This document shows positions 41,213 through 55,650 of a stretch of 64,000 bases of DNA, in pieces. A model generated the notes under the pieces. The model was not told the DNA's origin. It saw nothing but the letters and a program-made list of their open reading frames with translations, and did not search any database. The stretch is from Octopus vulgaris (Eukaryota): positions 59,024,001-59,088,000 of the forward strand of contig OX597821.1 in assembly GCA_951406725.2 (NCBI GenBank). The letters are read 5' to 3'. Each line of letters opens with the position of its first letter. Positions within the stretch are counted from its first letter, which is position 1. Position numbers and translations under genes: made by a program.

Positions 41213-41580
41213 CTAGCAGAGATACCCGGCATCGCATGTGTTACATGCAATTGAAGAATTAGACTTTTCTGTTATATTTTCTGTAATGAACTGGAATATC
41301 TATGTTTCGAATTTCATCAAAATTGCAGATAAGGGTTATTTCCCTCTTTACACATCCTAAAAAAAATTGTAATCATGCCACATGTATCCTATACTACTGA
41401 TTTTTATGTGCATATTCCAAAATTCCAGTCTTATTGAACCTGTTAAAAGGATTTTGCACCTGAAAAATGAAGGTCATGGAGCTCTAAAATGTGAGAGTTA
41501 AGGCCCCTGTTGGGGGTGGGTGTCTTAATGTCAAGCAGAGAAGTTGAATTGTTGAGAATCTTTTTAACTTGGGTCTTATA
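41213..41580 (-). mobile_element. non-autonomous Helitron-like element
   Basis: A|CTAG terminus at 41212-41216, followed by a decayed hairpin CCCGGCATCGCATG. The 5' boundary is approximate. Confidence 0.5.
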
Positions 41581-42031
41581 TCTATTGTTTGAATTTCTTT
41601 GAAATAGGAAATATACAGGTACAACAGAAACAGGAGGAAAGAGTGAGAGAAAGTTGTGGTGAAAGAGTACAGCAGGGTTCGCCACTACCCCCTGCCGGAG
41701 CTGTCTGGGAATCGAAACTGTGATCCCATGACTGTCTGTCTGCTGCCCTAACCAGTGGGCCATTGAACCTCCACACACACACACACACACACATATATAT
41801 GAGTTAATAAAAGACTTACTTGTAGAGTATGATGTATCATTTCAGCCAATTTGGAAGATAGACTATATTTCCACAAACATAATATTTTTCAATCTAAATT
41901 TCAATGTACCTCTGTAGTGGTGGCTAGTTTCCTGTATCATTATAAATATTATTGCTTTTCAGCCATCCCACTTAGGCTTAATTCTTTCATCCAGACAAGA
42001 AACAATTTTGTTTATATATATCACTATATAT

Positions 42032-42093
<62 letters not shown>

Positions 42094-44754
42094 TAGATAG
42101 ATAGATAGATAGATATATATATATATCACCCTGCAAAACTATCATCATCATTATCATCATTTAATGACTGTTGCCCATGCTGGCATGGGCTGGATGATTT
42201 GACTAGAGCTGGCATGCTGGGGAGCTGGTTTCTATGGCTGGATGCCCTTCCTAATGCCAACCACTTTACATGGTATGCTGGGTGCTTTTATGTGGCTCTT
42301 CTGCTGTGGAGTGCAGGTCTTCTTGAGTACATCAAGGTGTCAGGCATCTGGGTCCTTTGTCATCTCGTCTGAAAGGTTCAGTAATCAGAGGCTGTTCTTC
42401 AGTACTTCATCTGATATATACCTTATTAATTAGTTGTTTGTTAAGGTTATAAAGTATCTGTTTTTTACATACACTGTAGTTGTTGCTTTAACTGAATCAG
42501 TTAACCAAACTCAACAAGTTAGGTTTCCGTAAGAAGCCTACGAAACTTTAAGTTGCATGGAGCCAAATCAAATTGTTTTAAATAATCTATGGAACTCCTA
42601 CTAAACGTGTTGAGTGCCTCTTTCTTTCATTTGTCCACTCACCTGCGTATATGTGTGTGTATCTATCTATTTGTCTATCTATTTATCTATCTATCTATCT
42701 ATCTATCTATATATATATATATATTTTATCAAGTCCTTCCTGACCTTGTCCATGTTGTGGCCATATTTAAAACAATTATAAAGAATACAGAGACTGGCCC
42801 ATCTCCAAACTTTTCTTTTAATTTTACAGTTGGTCACAGAGCGTAATTAGTTCAATATATATTACAAGTTAGTCAGTTGCTCCACAGAACTTTGGAATCT
42901 ACTCCATCTGTTCAAAAGATTTAATGATTTTCCAAGCACTTTTATCCTTTTAGACTATACTTACAAGAAAACATCAAAAGTTAAAATATGATATTGGTTT
43001 CTTTGTGGATACACTTGTTATTTTCCACTCTTAAAATTTCCTTTAACTGCATGTTCATCAGGGTATTAATGTTTCATTATGTAGCATGGTAAATGGAAAC
43101 CACATATCGTTTTGGTTGTTGTCAATTTCAGAGATTTTACGGTAACGAAAAATTGCTCAAAGCATCATATCACATCCTGTCATATGTAGTAATGTTATGG
43201 GAAGTTTAGTTTTCCATTTTTATAATCCTCTAACCTATGGATATTTTTATTACAAAATACCTCTTTACTAACACACCATCAACATTTCAAAATACACTTG
43301 TTTCATGTTTGAAATGTATATAATTTTTGCTGTAGAATGAAACTTGGCAACGTGGTGTGGGTATCATACCTATAGTAGTTTCACATTCATTAGAGTGTAT
43401 TTAATTGCAGTTGCTATGATGAGTAGAAGCAGCTCATAACCATATGAACATAAGCTCTTTTTTTTTTTTTTAAAGTTCTGAAAGTTTAATACCCATGACA
43501 TACTGCTGAGAGCTTCGTGTGTATCTCTTGTGTTTCTTTCCATGAACTTTTATACTTTTTATATTAAATGTAAGAATATACTTTGGTGTATACATAAATA
43601 TGGCTACATGCTGTATGTGAATGTTATCCCTGACTCCGAAGAGGCATTTCTGTCAGTGTGAAACCATTCTCTTTATTACACAGAATCCATAGAAAGTTTA
43701 TAAGAGAATATGTTTTGGTTTTTAGCTGCCTCAAGAAGGGAAAGTTTTTGATAGAATAAATATCATTAATATAGAGAATCAGTTGGGAGAGAGGCATTGT
43801 ATTTAAGAAATTATTAATATTAGTATTCTATATTGATGTTACTATTATTGGTGAGCTGATAGAATCGTTAGCATACTGGGCAAGATGCTTTGGCATGTTT
43901 TCTATGATTAGATGCCCTTCCTAATGCCAACCACCTTACAATGGGTACTAAATGCTCTCTTTTGTGCCACCAGCAGTAGTGAGGTTGCCAACTTGCAAGA
44001 CAGGAAAAGAATAGTAAGAAAGGAAAAAGAAACAGTAACAGTTGATGGTAACTGCTAGTTTAGTGTCCTGAAGTTGTATTTTTCTGCTGTTTTTTCTTTG
44101 TCTTTCTATTTCTCTTGGAAATAGACTTGTTCTGTTCCATACTGTTAGTGTTATTATTGTTATTCCTTTTACATCGAACAAGATTGAAGACTAGAGTTCC
44201 CCCTTGTACTTCTACATTTATTCAATTTAAATTTCCCCTCAAAACTAAAATAAGGATGGAGAAGAGAATTTATTTCCAAAGGTCCGTGAAAAGGTTTGAA
44301 TTGCTGCAACTGCAGGAACCAAATTTTTGGTTTTGTCTCCTAATTAGCAGAAGAGTCAAAATCAGGCATTGATAGCAAATAGATATATGGGAGCCTGTAT
44401 GTGGTCGCTTGACATGCAAAAAAGAGCAGTCAAATCTCCTTTCTGTCACACTTTGCTATCTTAGAAATGAAGAACATAACCATACAGTTAGGAATTGTTT
44501 CCCTTCATCATAGCAATAGCAGCCAGAACTAATTACTTTAATGTGAGTTAAAAAAGGTGAAGAACTACAATGTGCTACTCATACCTTGTTTCCAAGTTTC
44601 AAACAGTCTTGGAGTCATTTTATCTAAAGAAAAACAATGGTGGGATGGTCACAACTGGAACGTCTTTGATCATAGGTCTGTTAGATCAGAGTTGACCTGG
44701 GGCAAAACAACTGCAACAACAACAGCATTTATAACTTTATATTTCACATGTTTT

Positions 44755-45122
44755 ATTACCTCCATCTTAGCGAAGGTTGGAGGTATTGTTTTCAGATGTG
44801 TTTGTTTATTTGTTTGTCCATGGACAAGATATCTCAAGGACTGCTGGATGGATTCAGATAAAACTTTCAGGGATGTTTGACCTCATGACTGGCATGAACT
44901 GATTAGATTTTGGAATCGATCAGGCACCAGACAAGGATTCTGGATTATTTTTCCTGTTTTTTTACTTGATTTTTGAGAGTGGTCAGGTTCATTTTCAGTA
45001 TTCCCATTTGTGAGAGCAGTCGAGTTTATTTCAGATATTCTCATTTTAAAAATCATTCTTGGCTAATCGTTGAGAGGACATCAGTGTTACCTTGGCGGAG
45101 GTTTGCACTCTCTACTCTTGTT
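44755..45122 (+). mobile_element. HINE/DINE-1-like (Helentron-associated) element
   Basis: Subterminal inverted repeat TACCTCC(ATC)/GGCGGAGGT, internal GGAGGTA, (GTTT)n microsatellite, T-rich insertion site and 3' GCACTCTCT..CTTGTT. Confidence 0.6.
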
Positions 45123-46103
45123 TTATTATATTTTTGTACACATTTTTTATAGTTATCATTGCTTTTAATCTCATGCCATTATATTGAATAAAGAAATAAA
45201 GTTTTGTTATTTAGTAATTCCAGTCAGCACATCACGCATTTGCCACTAGGAATCAGAAAAGCATAAGTGATGCTATTTATTTTACCTTTATATTTCTCCT
45301 TGTGAATCCAAGACTTAGCAATGTAACCCTTTCCTCCATAGATAAATAATATTTCTAATTTTGGGACAAGGCCAGTAACTTTGAGGAGAAGGGGAGTCGG
45401 TTACATCAACCCTAGTGTTCAACTGGTATTTATTTTATCAACCCCAAAAGGGTGAAAGGCAAAAGTCGACCTTGACAAGATTTGAACTCTGAATGTGAAG
45501 AGTCAGAAGAATCACCACAAAGCATTTTGTCTGGTGTAGTAATGATTCTGCTAAGTCACCACTTTAGATAAAGAAACAATAAACCCATCAATAAATCTGG
45601 CAATTTGCAAATTTTGAAGTAGGAATATTAGAATATTTTAACTGTTGATTTTCTCTTTTGCCAATTCCTTTGCTCTAAATATTAGATAATAACAACTATT
45701 CAGCACTAAATTTAATTTTTTGCAAAAATAACTACTGAGTTCTCGTTTTGATTTCTACTTCCCTGATATTCTATACAGTTTGACTACATTTGAGAGTTAC
45801 ATTGTCACTGCGATGTTTATGCTAACATCACGGCAGTGGTTTGAAGAAAAACATCTGTTGTGACTGTGGGACAAACCTAAACAACATATTCACCTTACAA
45901 CAGCTGCACTTAACACCACAAGCAAAAAAAAAAAATTAAGATCACTGTGAAAAAAATTATCATTACTGTCTGGCCATAGATAAGCAAAGATTTACTTCAT
46001 TTTTATTGGAAATAATACTTTTTGCTTAGTTGTTTTCTTTCTTTTTTTTATATATATAAAATTTCAATGTTGTTTTGTATTTTCTTTTTCTTTTCCATTC
46101 CAG

Positions 46104-46254
46104 CCTTGAAAAAGATATCCTACTTTTGAAACAACAGAACAATGTCTTACATTCATCTTCTGCCAGTATGCACACAAGCCATTCCACAAGCCCCACCCCA
46201 ACATCATTGAATTCCTATCAGGATGGTTCCACTCTCAACGACCCTAATGCCCAG
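46104..46254 (+). CDS. CAP-Gly domain protein, internal exon (LEKDILLLKQQNN...DPNAQ)
   Basis: Polypyrimidine-CAG acceptor and CAG|GTATAT donor; open frame, phase 2 to 0. Confidence 0.75.
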
Positions 46255-49069
46255 GTATATACAAACGAGTCTTGCTTCATATGTATTTCAACATCACCAT
46301 TGCATCAACTTCCAATCTTCCTCTTTATAGATTTATATCTTTGCCAAACTTATAGATGAGCTGATTCTTTCAGAATTGCAGCTGGCTTCTGATTAGAATG
46401 TATCTGGGGAGATTTAGGGAGCAATCTATCTTAGCAAAGGCTTACTTTTTAAATTTTTTCTTTTTTTTTTCTTTTTTTTCACTTTTCAGAGTAAGAGAGG
46501 TGAAGCAGGAGTGAATGTAAAAATTATTAATACTAGCTTCTTAGATGTCAGACTGTATAACTAATCAACTGCTTGATATTCACATGGTAAATAATTGGTA
46601 GCTTGCTTTCATAGATGTGCCAAGAGGAAAGCTGATGGTTTCTTTTAAGTAGATCAGATTTATAAGTTGGAATTTTGGGTTAGTTACTAATCTGGATGAT
46701 AGCTCTGTCGTCTGTAGCTAATTATGGTGTAGTTGCTAAGGATTGGCTTAAAATATGGCAAGAGACTATTAGAGATCTGAAACTAAATATCAAAGAAACT
46801 TGATAATGACATATTTTTTAAACTAATCCAGTAAAGGAAGAAACTTGATTTCTTCAGACAAATTCAGAATGTGTTGTTGACATAAACTGTCAGCTCACTG
46901 ATTTTAGTGAGTTGGTGGAGGGGCTTAAAAACTCGCTTTACAATTGTATATCATCATCATCATCATCGTTGTCAGCGTCATTGAAGAAATCACCTACATC
47001 TCTACAGGCTGGTATAAATGAGATGGGTTTTCTTGGCCACGTTTAGCACCACCCATGCTTAGCTCAACACAAGATGTGTTACCTTCAATACAGCACAAGG
47101 AGCCACACCTCTCTCTCTCTCTCCTCCTTCGTGAAATATTACACAGAGGCTGTTTCAGGATATCCATACTCTGAGATATGTTATCTTTACTACACCACAG
47201 TCTACAGTTGTTGCGAGACTCTTTTTTTTTTTTTACATACACTGTGCTTTTTATTTAAGAATATCCGTTTTCTTTTGCTAGGTTGCTTTTACAAGAGTAA
47301 GTTTTAAACATATTCAAACACACGTTTATGTTGATTTTGTTTAACAACATACCACTATAGGATTTACTGAAATAACATCCCAGCAACTGTAGGTTTAAGA
47401 TACATTTTGAAAAATATTTACAAAGCTAATGTATTAGCTATCAATATTTTTAAGTACTGTTTTAATTTATTTCTGATAAAAACAATTCCACTGTTGTTTA
47501 AATTAAATTAACACGCTATTTCTTTGAACTTACATCAAAATCCATTTGCTTCTCATTTCATAATATCCATAAGAATATGCTGATAATAATACTTGATAAA
47601 ATTTGCCTAATATCCATATCGTCATATACTGATAATTACGTTTGATAAAACTTTTATTCGTTTACCCTAAGTTTGATTTCACCTACACCCCACAACGATA
47701 TGGTGAAGATTTTTGCCAGTACAACACTGACACAAAAATGGTATCTCTATCAGACAACACTGGCAGATCAGAGAAAAACATATTACTTTGATAAAATGAT
47801 TTGTTTGCAGATAACAATTTATTTATTTGTTTATTCATTTATTTTAGAACAGACTCAGAAAAATCCTTCTAAATTTTAACAAATTAACTATTGTTTTACT
47901 TTATATCAGGAGAGAGAGAGATGTATAAATAGATAAATATGTTGATACATGTGATAATAGATGTTCTTATTTGTAACTAAATATTGAGCATTATTCTCCT
48001 GCCTTGCTTGTCAATTTGACAAATATTTTATCTTCTACAATGTTATATTTTCTATCCTTTATGTGTGTGTGTTTCCATCCTTTAAACTTTTATCATTATT
48101 TGATATGTCACTGAATCTCTACCTCATGACTCACAACTTCTTGTCTCACTGCATGCACGTAATAAATTGCATCTTTGAACCTTTGTTGTTGTTGTCATTG
48201 TCAGCATCATCACTGCTACAGCTGCCATTTTTGTTGCTGTTCAGAGCTGAGATCTACCAGGAGCCACCATTGTTGTAGCAACAGAAGGTCAACTTTATCT
48301 TTTCATCTTTGCAGGATTGATAAAAATAAGTGCTAGCTGAGAACTGAGGTTAATCTAATTGACTGTATCCACCTCCTTTAATACTCATCAGAAGGAACAC
48401 TACTCATAGCCTGTGTAGTCCTTCCTTAATTGTTGAAAGTTATTCAGCTGATGGTTGGTTTTGAAGTTTTTAGGCAGGATGATGATGTCTGTATGGGAAA
48501 ATATGACTGGCAGGGTGACTTACAAAGAGCTGCTATTCTGGACATAATGGCTTTAGTAAAATATTTATAGTAAGGGATTTGAGGGATGAGGGACAAGAGA
48601 TGGAAAGACAGGTGTATTAGGCAGGCTTAGGTGGGAGCAGTACACAACTTACTAGCATCATGAATCGTTGTTGCTGCAATAAAAGGTACAACAGTAGGAC
48701 ACATCATGTTGGTGATTCATCTATTGTTGTGTGTTGGTGAGTGAAAAGTGTATGGAGCAAAAACTATCAGTTAGATGGCCTTTTGAGTGGGGGATGGGAT
48801 TATCATAGCTGAGTGGTTAGGGCATTAAGGGATCATCATTATAAAGTTATGGTTTCAATTCCTAGACCAGATGGTGTGTTGTGTCCTTGAGCAAGACATT
48901 TCAGTTCTTGTTGCCTCAGTTCACCCTACTGAAAATGAGAACTGGTTAGGTGCTGGTGTAGCCCTCACTCTTTGTCCAGCTATCACATCTTGGATGTTCT
49001 ACTGGGACAAAGGCAACAGGACTGACAGGGTATATGTCTGCTTGCAATTACATTATATTATTTATTTAA

Positions 49070-49290
49070 CCCTTTAGCATTCAGATCAATCCATCAGCTG
49101 TACTGCTTAATGTATCCACATTGTTTCAAATTAATCATGTATTATCTCATAGCTTCATGATTTTGATGGTGTGGTTGTTTATGTTTAGAGTGACATTGTA
49201 AGGTAGGTGTGAGAGGCCAGATCTGGCCAGTTTGACCATAAAACAAATCAAATACTTGGGCCGGATATGGCCTGTTTGAATGCTAAAGGG
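49070..49290 (+). mobile_element. piggyBac-type MITE, best-preserved copy
   Basis: TTAA on both sides and perfect 14 bp TIRs CCCTTTAGCATTCA / TGAATGCTAAAGGG; no ORF. Confidence 0.9.
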
Positions 49291-49861
49291 TTAAGCCCTT
49301 TGCTCCATATGGAACATTAGCCATCAATGCCTTGTCTCCACTGTCCTAAACTCTGGGCTGTCTTTTCTACTTCTTTCCAGTTGAATCCCAGTCTTTTCAA
49401 CTCTGCCTCAGTATCTCAATATTTTTAGTGTGTCCTCTCTACCAACCTCTCTTGCAGGTTCATATATTTCCCTGAGGGAAGGCCCCTTTTCCCAGGTCTT
49501 GCTGGTTTTCTATTGTCATTAATGTTTCTGTAACATTGCCTTTTTGCTAAGGTAGGAGTGTTGACTCCTGCACAAACCTATTTTTACCTCTGTGAAGAGG
49601 TGGTCCTCAGGGTTGTTTAGACACATAGGCAGCTAAAACAGTAAGCAAAAGCATGCTACATAATACTACCCAAATGTTAGATACACTTGCAAAATATGGC
49701 TATGTTTCTTGTCTTTGTGTGTGTGTGTAATTATCACACTGTTCTAAATATGTGAGCAATACTCTGGGATGAACTTGTGCCCAGCAGATAATCTAAATAC
49801 ATTACTGGCCCTGAGAAAAAAAGGCATTTTTTGGTGCAGATTTTACTGTTATAGACATGTG

Positions 49862-49875
49862 GTTGCTATAGAAAC
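49862..49875. promoter_or_regulatory. RFX X-box-like motif GTTGCTATAGAAAC (intronic)
   Basis: Close match to the X-box consensus; function untested. Confidence 0.35.
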
Positions 49876-50421
49876 TCATCAGAGATTTTTGAAGTCTAAA
49901 ATTTAATAAAGTTTGTGATGGTTTTGTTGTATATTGCTCATGAATAATAAAGATATGGTGTTATTGGAGTTTCTTTTATGTGTGATGATGGTGGCAGTGG
50001 CAGCAGCAGAAGTGGCTGCTGTTGGTTTTTTCTCTGGATGCTGATAAATGAGGCTAGGTTGTGGTCCCTTTTGGGATTACGAGATTGTTGTTCATAGGAA
50101 GCAGTGCATATCTGGAGTGAGATGTGTCTACATCACATAGTTTTCAGTTTTTATGAATAATTATGTCATAAATCATTTGCAATATTTTCTTTCATCATCC
50201 TCATTATGTTGCTTGAGATGTAAAACAATAAATGTTCTGGGGTTTTGTTTTTTTTGTTAAAATTATTATTAAATTTTCAATAGCTGCATGGGATAATATT
50301 CTATTACACAACTATGTGCGCTCGTGTTTTTAATGTTTGTGCAGCATTGTTTTGAATGGGGATAGAACTGTGTTTGCAACTTTTAAAAAAATTATCACCA
50401 TCATCATCATCATCATCATCA

Positions 50422-50451
<30 letters not shown>

Positions 50452-50454
<3 letters not shown>

Positions 50455-52040
50455 GTTTGACTTTTGCTTTATGTCTGTACAAGTTGGCTCCAAGTCTCAC
50501 CCAGAGACCTCAGAAGACAACAGGTTGGAAGTTCACGTTGTTGTTATGCCTAGTGTGCCATATATTTGGGGGGTTTTTTTGGTGTTGTACTAGTGAATGT
50601 CTAATACATAAATTTAAAAAAGAAAAAAAAAGTTTGTTTTAAACCTTGGGATTATACAGAGAGTATTTTGCGTAGGATATGAGCAGTTCCCATGAGCACT
50701 TTTGAATTTCTGCCATTTTGGAGTTTCCTGGTATCTGAGTTAGGTAGCAATCAGCCCCTTTCGCTATCATTCCCAGGGCACCTATGACAACAGGTATTGT
50801 TTTAGTCTTCAGGTTCCACATTTTGCTGATTTCTATTTCAAGATCTTTATATTTGCTCAGTTTTTGGTAGGTCTTGACAGATACGTTTATATCGATTGGG
50901 ACAGTCATATCAATGAGGAGGCATGTTCTTTGTCTGAAGTCTTTCAATATGATGTCTGGCCTATTTGCATCTATCTTTCTGTCAGTTTGAATGGTGAAGT
51001 TCCAGAGGAGTGAGATGCGGTCATTTTCAAGCACTGGAAGTGGATTGTGTTCCCACCAGTTTTTTTCATGGGGCAAATCCAGGTTTTTGCAAATTACCCA
51101 GTGAATATATTGTGCAACTCTATCATGCCTGTTGAGGTACTCTGTAGGCGCTAGAAGACTGCATTTGGAGACATGATCAATGGTTTCATTTTGTTATCGG
51201 CATACATGACATGTTGGGCTACTGCCGTTCTTTAATATGTTGGCCTGGTAGTTTCTTGTTGGTAGGCATTGATCTTGAGCTGCTATGATAAACCCTTCTG
51301 TTTCAGATTTTAAGCCAGAGGCCATTAGCCATTGATGGGTCAGGGCTTTGTCAATATCTGCATTATTCGCTCTCTTTGGGTATTTGCCATAGAGAGGTTT
51401 TTCTTGCCATTTATTATTCAGAATATCTAAGGCCGTAGTTTTGGCACGGGTTTTCATGCACGTAGCTTTTTCTGTGCTTGTTTCATGTATGTCTATCTCT
51501 AATTCTGAAATTTGTTGTATTCGGAATTCACTTAGATATTCCTTTGCCTGTTTTGTTACTGAGTATGATGCTTTCTTGTTTTCATGTTTTGAGACAAGTT
51601 TTAACATCCAGTCCTCAGACTTTTTCAGGTAGGTGTCTAGGCCAATTGTAGCAATCTTCATTGTTATTGCCAGTTGCAAAAGACCACGGCCTCCCTCTTT
51701 TCTTGGCAGATAAAGTCGTTCTTTATCTGCCTTAGGGTGGTGCATTCTATGCATTGTCAACAGTTTTCTTATTTTTCTGTCAAGCTGACATATTTCAGTA
51801 ATTGACCAGTTAACGATATTGAAACTGTAAGTCACGACTGGTATGGCTAATGCATTGATCGCTTCGATCCTGTTTCTTGCATTCAGCTCTGTCTTGAGTA
51901 TTGCTCTCACTCTTCGATAACATTCTCTCCTGATCCTTTCCTTCATCTCTGAATGCCTTATTCCGTTCCCTTCAATTACCCCTAGGTACTTGTAGCTCTC
52001 CGCTGGGTCTAGTTCTTTTATGACATTCTGCTGGTCAAGG
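50452..52040 (-). mobile_element. R4/Dong-clade non-LTR retrotransposon, 5'-truncated and disrupted
   Basis: RT thumb region (ERLYLPRKEGGRGL), CCHC knuckle (CHVCR*..ETIDHV..C) and restriction-like endonuclease (RPDIILKD..LIDMTVP..K..KYKDL). The 3' end abuts (TAA)n. Contains an in-frame stop and frameshifts. Confidence 0.9.
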
Positions 52041-52427
52041 TATCTGCCAAAGCTGCCCGCATAACGAGGTATGAAAAGCGTATTTTGCCTTTCATCCTTT
52101 TGGGATCGATAAATTAAGAACCAGTTGAGTATTGGGGTCGATGTAATCGACTATCCCCTTTCCTCCAAATTTCAGGCCTTGTGCCTATAGGAGAAAAGGA
52201 TTATTATTATTATTAAGGCGGTGAGCTGGCAGAGTCGTTAGCACGCTGGGTGAAATGCTTAGTGGTATTTCACCCAAGGGACAGTAGGTTTGCAGAAGTG
52301 GACGGTGATGGACTTGTTTTTTATTGCAAAGTTTTTTTGTCTCTACATTCTGAGTTCAAATTGAGTATGGGTGAATCTCAACTTTCTTTCCACCAGGGGT
52401 TGATAAAATAAGAAATAATCATATGTC

Positions 52428-52830
52428 GGTGCAGGAGTGGTTGTGTGGTAAGTAGCTTGCTTACCAACCACATGGTTCCAGGTTCAGTCCCACTGCATGG
52501 CACCTTGGGCAAGTGTCTTCTACTATAGCCTCAAGCTGACCAAAGCCTTGTGAGTGGATTTGGTAGACGGAAACTGAAAGAAGCCTGTTGTACATATATA
52601 TATATATTATGTGTGTATGTGTTTGTATATCTATGTTTGTCCCCCCCACCATTGCTTGACAACTGATGTTGATGTGTTTACGTCCCCGTAACAAAGCAGT
52701 TCAGCAAAAGAGACTGATAGAATAAGTACTAAGCTTACAAAGAATAAGTCCTGGGGTTGATTTGTTCAACTAAAGGCGGTGCTCCAGCATGACCACCACA
52801 GTCAAATGACTGAAACAAATAAAAGAATAA
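52428..52830 (+). mobile_element. SINE family A
   Basis: Full head, core and tail; preceded by two SINE-B pieces at 52086-52415. Confidence 0.85.
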
Positions 52831-52967
52831 AAAAAATCCCACACAAACTAATCAACAGCCCCTCCCCCCATCTTTTTTTTAAAACTTGGTCTTGTGTTAA
52901 GTCAAAAGATATTCTTATAATTTTTGATGTTAAATTATAAACTAAATGTTTTTATGTTTAATTTCAG

Positions 52968-53506
52968 GAAAGATCTCGTCCCTGCTCTCGATGTAGCCAG
53001 TCATCAAGTGTATTAAGTAATTCCCCAAAGACAGACAAACTGAGGGGTCATAAACTATCAGGATATTCCTACTCTCCTAACCACAATAACAACAACCACA
53101 ATAACAATAACAACAACAACAATAACAACAGCAGTAATGATGTTCACAGCATTACTCCTGTGATTAATAAACTCGCTGATAGCCCCACATCTCCCAGTCG
53201 GTTTCGTGCCTCCAAGTATGCTACAACACAGCCCAATTCATCAACAGAACCATCCCCTAAAACCTTACACAATGGCATTATCACACAAGCAATTATTCAT
53301 CATCCTCCTGATTCACGGCCAAACTCTACTGACCTCCCACCTGAATCTCCCACCAGCCTCTGTGATGTTCCGGCTGACGTATGTTCTCTTACTGAGTCCT
53401 CTTCTTCGGATCGACCAAGTGAAGAATTGACCGATGACGGTCATAAACGAAAGGATTCTTTACCAGAAATTGTATCAAAGCCAATACCACATTTGCCAAA
53501 ATCTAA
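52968..53506 (+). CDS. CAP-Gly domain protein exon (ERSRPCSRC...poly-Asn...HLPKS), Ser/Pro-rich
   Basis: TTTCAG acceptor and AA|GTAAGT donor; 539 nt open frame, phase 0 to 2. Confidence 0.85.
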
Positions 53507-53804
53507 GTAAGTTGCTATCAAATATTTGTTATAATTCTAATTAAGAGCTGTTATTAATTGCTTGCCAAATCTTGAGTTGTTCTCAATAATACTCATAAAT
53601 ACTTTTCACCATCATCATCATCATCATCATTATTATTGGTGAAGGCACATGACCTAGTGGTTAGGATGTTGCACTCATGATTGCAACAAGGTTGAGAGCC
53701 ATATCAGGCTTCATTGTCTTCTTTGGCATGGTTTCCACAGTTGGATGCCTTTCTTAATGCCAACCACTTTACAAAGTGTATTGAGTGCTTTTTACATGGC
53801 ACCA

Positions 53805-53876
<72 letters not shown>

Positions 53877-53899
53877 ATGTATATATATCTATATATATT

Positions 53900-55593
53900 A
53901 TCTGAAATGTACAGTATTATATATCCATAACAGCTGATCTTACCAATCAATTTCACACAAGGAATACAATGGAGTGTTAGGTAACAGTCTGATTATATAA
54001 CCTTACACTCGTCAGAGTTAGCCAATATGGAAAGGAAAATAGTGGCTACTCTTTTTGGTGACTACTCTATATTGTCAGAGGTGGATTAACACAACCAGTT
54101 TGTGGTTACTATGGAAAAGGTGGTGAAATGGTATGCTGTGATCTTGAAGTGTTTGTAAGGAAAGTGTGCATTAAGTGTGGTACTCATGTAGGGATGTGTG
54201 ATATGTGTAGTGATGTCATGTGCATAATGTTTTTCCAGGGGTGTAGGTGTATATAGTTGTGTTTGTTTGTCTGTTTTCTTTCTGTATTGGTTAAGATCAA
54301 GGAGGGTTTTATGTTAGTGTGCAGTGTGTAATATATGTGTGGAGATACAATGTGTGTGAAGGGGTATATGTTGGGGGTGGTAGGAGACAATCTATTTTGT
54401 TGGGTGTGCATGTGTGTACATGGGTGCATTAGTGTGTGCTTTGGTCAAACTCTTTGCTGGGCCCAAGGGCATTGTTGGAAGGTCAAGGCTGGGGACCTGT
54501 AGTTGCAGTCATGGTGGGGCCTGCAGGTCTGATAGGATTACTTCCTTTCATGTGGGCAAGGATGAAACCTGCTATCCGGGTACCCTTTAAAATTGCTCTC
54601 TTCTCAGCCAGGCACAACCTGCACTTTATGCTGTACTCTGTGGCATTTTCTTTCAAAGACCAAACATGCTAGGTTAGGGTTGTGACATTACGTCACTCCA
54701 GGATGTTGAAGGAGGACTTGTGGTCATTAAAGTGGGTTCTGAATAGTCTTCTGTTGCCCCCACAAACTTCTGCACACTAGGTTGCTCATTGGGTCCTATG
54801 GCTGTTACCTCTGCTTTGTATACAACTGTTTCTGTATTACAGTGTCTGTTTAATGGACAAATTGTGTTACCCCTGCATGAGCATCCTGCCTCTGCTTCAA
54901 GTTTAGGCCTACCTACTAAAATCTTTTTTACACTAGGTTCACAGCTAAAGGATATTCTCAGGGTATGTCTATTAAATATTTTGTTGAATCTATTAGTATG
55001 GGGGAAGTGTTTATAAACTAAACTAAAGAAATCTTACCTTCTCTGGTCTTAACATTTAAATAGAAGGGTGGTTTGAACCACAGCACTTTCTGATGGTGCT
55101 TTCTCTTGATGGGGTTAAAGTCTGGTATGTAACTAATACTATCCTTGAAACCGCTGGCAGCCAGAGCCCAGTTGCAGTACAGAGCAGTAACATCCAAGAT
55201 CTCTTTGCTTGAAGACCAGCTGGAGATTCTCCTGCTGACAACCTTAACCAGGTTTCTGAACACTATGGCTGGATGGCAGGAACCTGTGTCAATGTATGAA
55301 AGCTTCTCATTTGGTTTCCTAAAGGGTCTATAGGCACTAGATTCTAGATCCAGGGTCACATCAAGGAAATCTACTGTTTTCAGGTTGGTTCCTATTGTGA
55401 CCTTCAGTCCAACAGAGTTCATGGTGAAGTTCTTTCTGAGCCTATCTAGTATCTGGCCATTAGCCCCTCTTGATATTGCCAGCACAGCATCTCTGTAGAG
55501 GCCAAAGCAAGTTGAAGGGAATTTCTTTTTTAGTATATCTAGGATGAAGAGACCAATCAGGTCACATACATCAGCACTGTCGAAGGCACCCAT
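53900..55593 (-). mobile_element. Penelope-like element, 5'-truncated and dead
   Basis: RT C-half MGAFDSADVCDLIG..GLYRDA (YRDD mutated)..VDFLDVTLDL..YRPFRKPN..HP. Downstream CPLNRHC..VVYKAEV..KFVG is a GIY-YIG-like region. Hammerhead-like motif at the 3' end, next to (TA)n. Confidence 0.9.
53933..54022 (-). ncRNA. hammerhead-ribozyme-like motif in the Penelope 3' terminus
   Basis: Minus strand reads gctaact-CTGACGA-gtgtaagg...ccttgtgt-GAAA-ttgattgg-TA-agatcagc. Stems are eroded in a CpG-decay pattern. Confidence 0.6.
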
Positions 55594-55607
55594 CCATCCA
55601 TCTATTT

Positions 55608-55650
<43 letters not shown>

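Noticed and set aside
36140-42850. Isolated acceptor-like sites (e.g. near 36143, 38176, 42829) as extra exons
   Set aside because: No convincing open frame, donor and phase combination; cannot be supported without transcripts.
50400-52210. Idea that SINE-B is mobilised by the Dong/R4 LINE because both sit in TAA repeats
   Set aside because: The tails have opposite polarity (LINE sense (AAT)n, SINE sense (ATT)n), and no convincing shared 3' sequence was seen.
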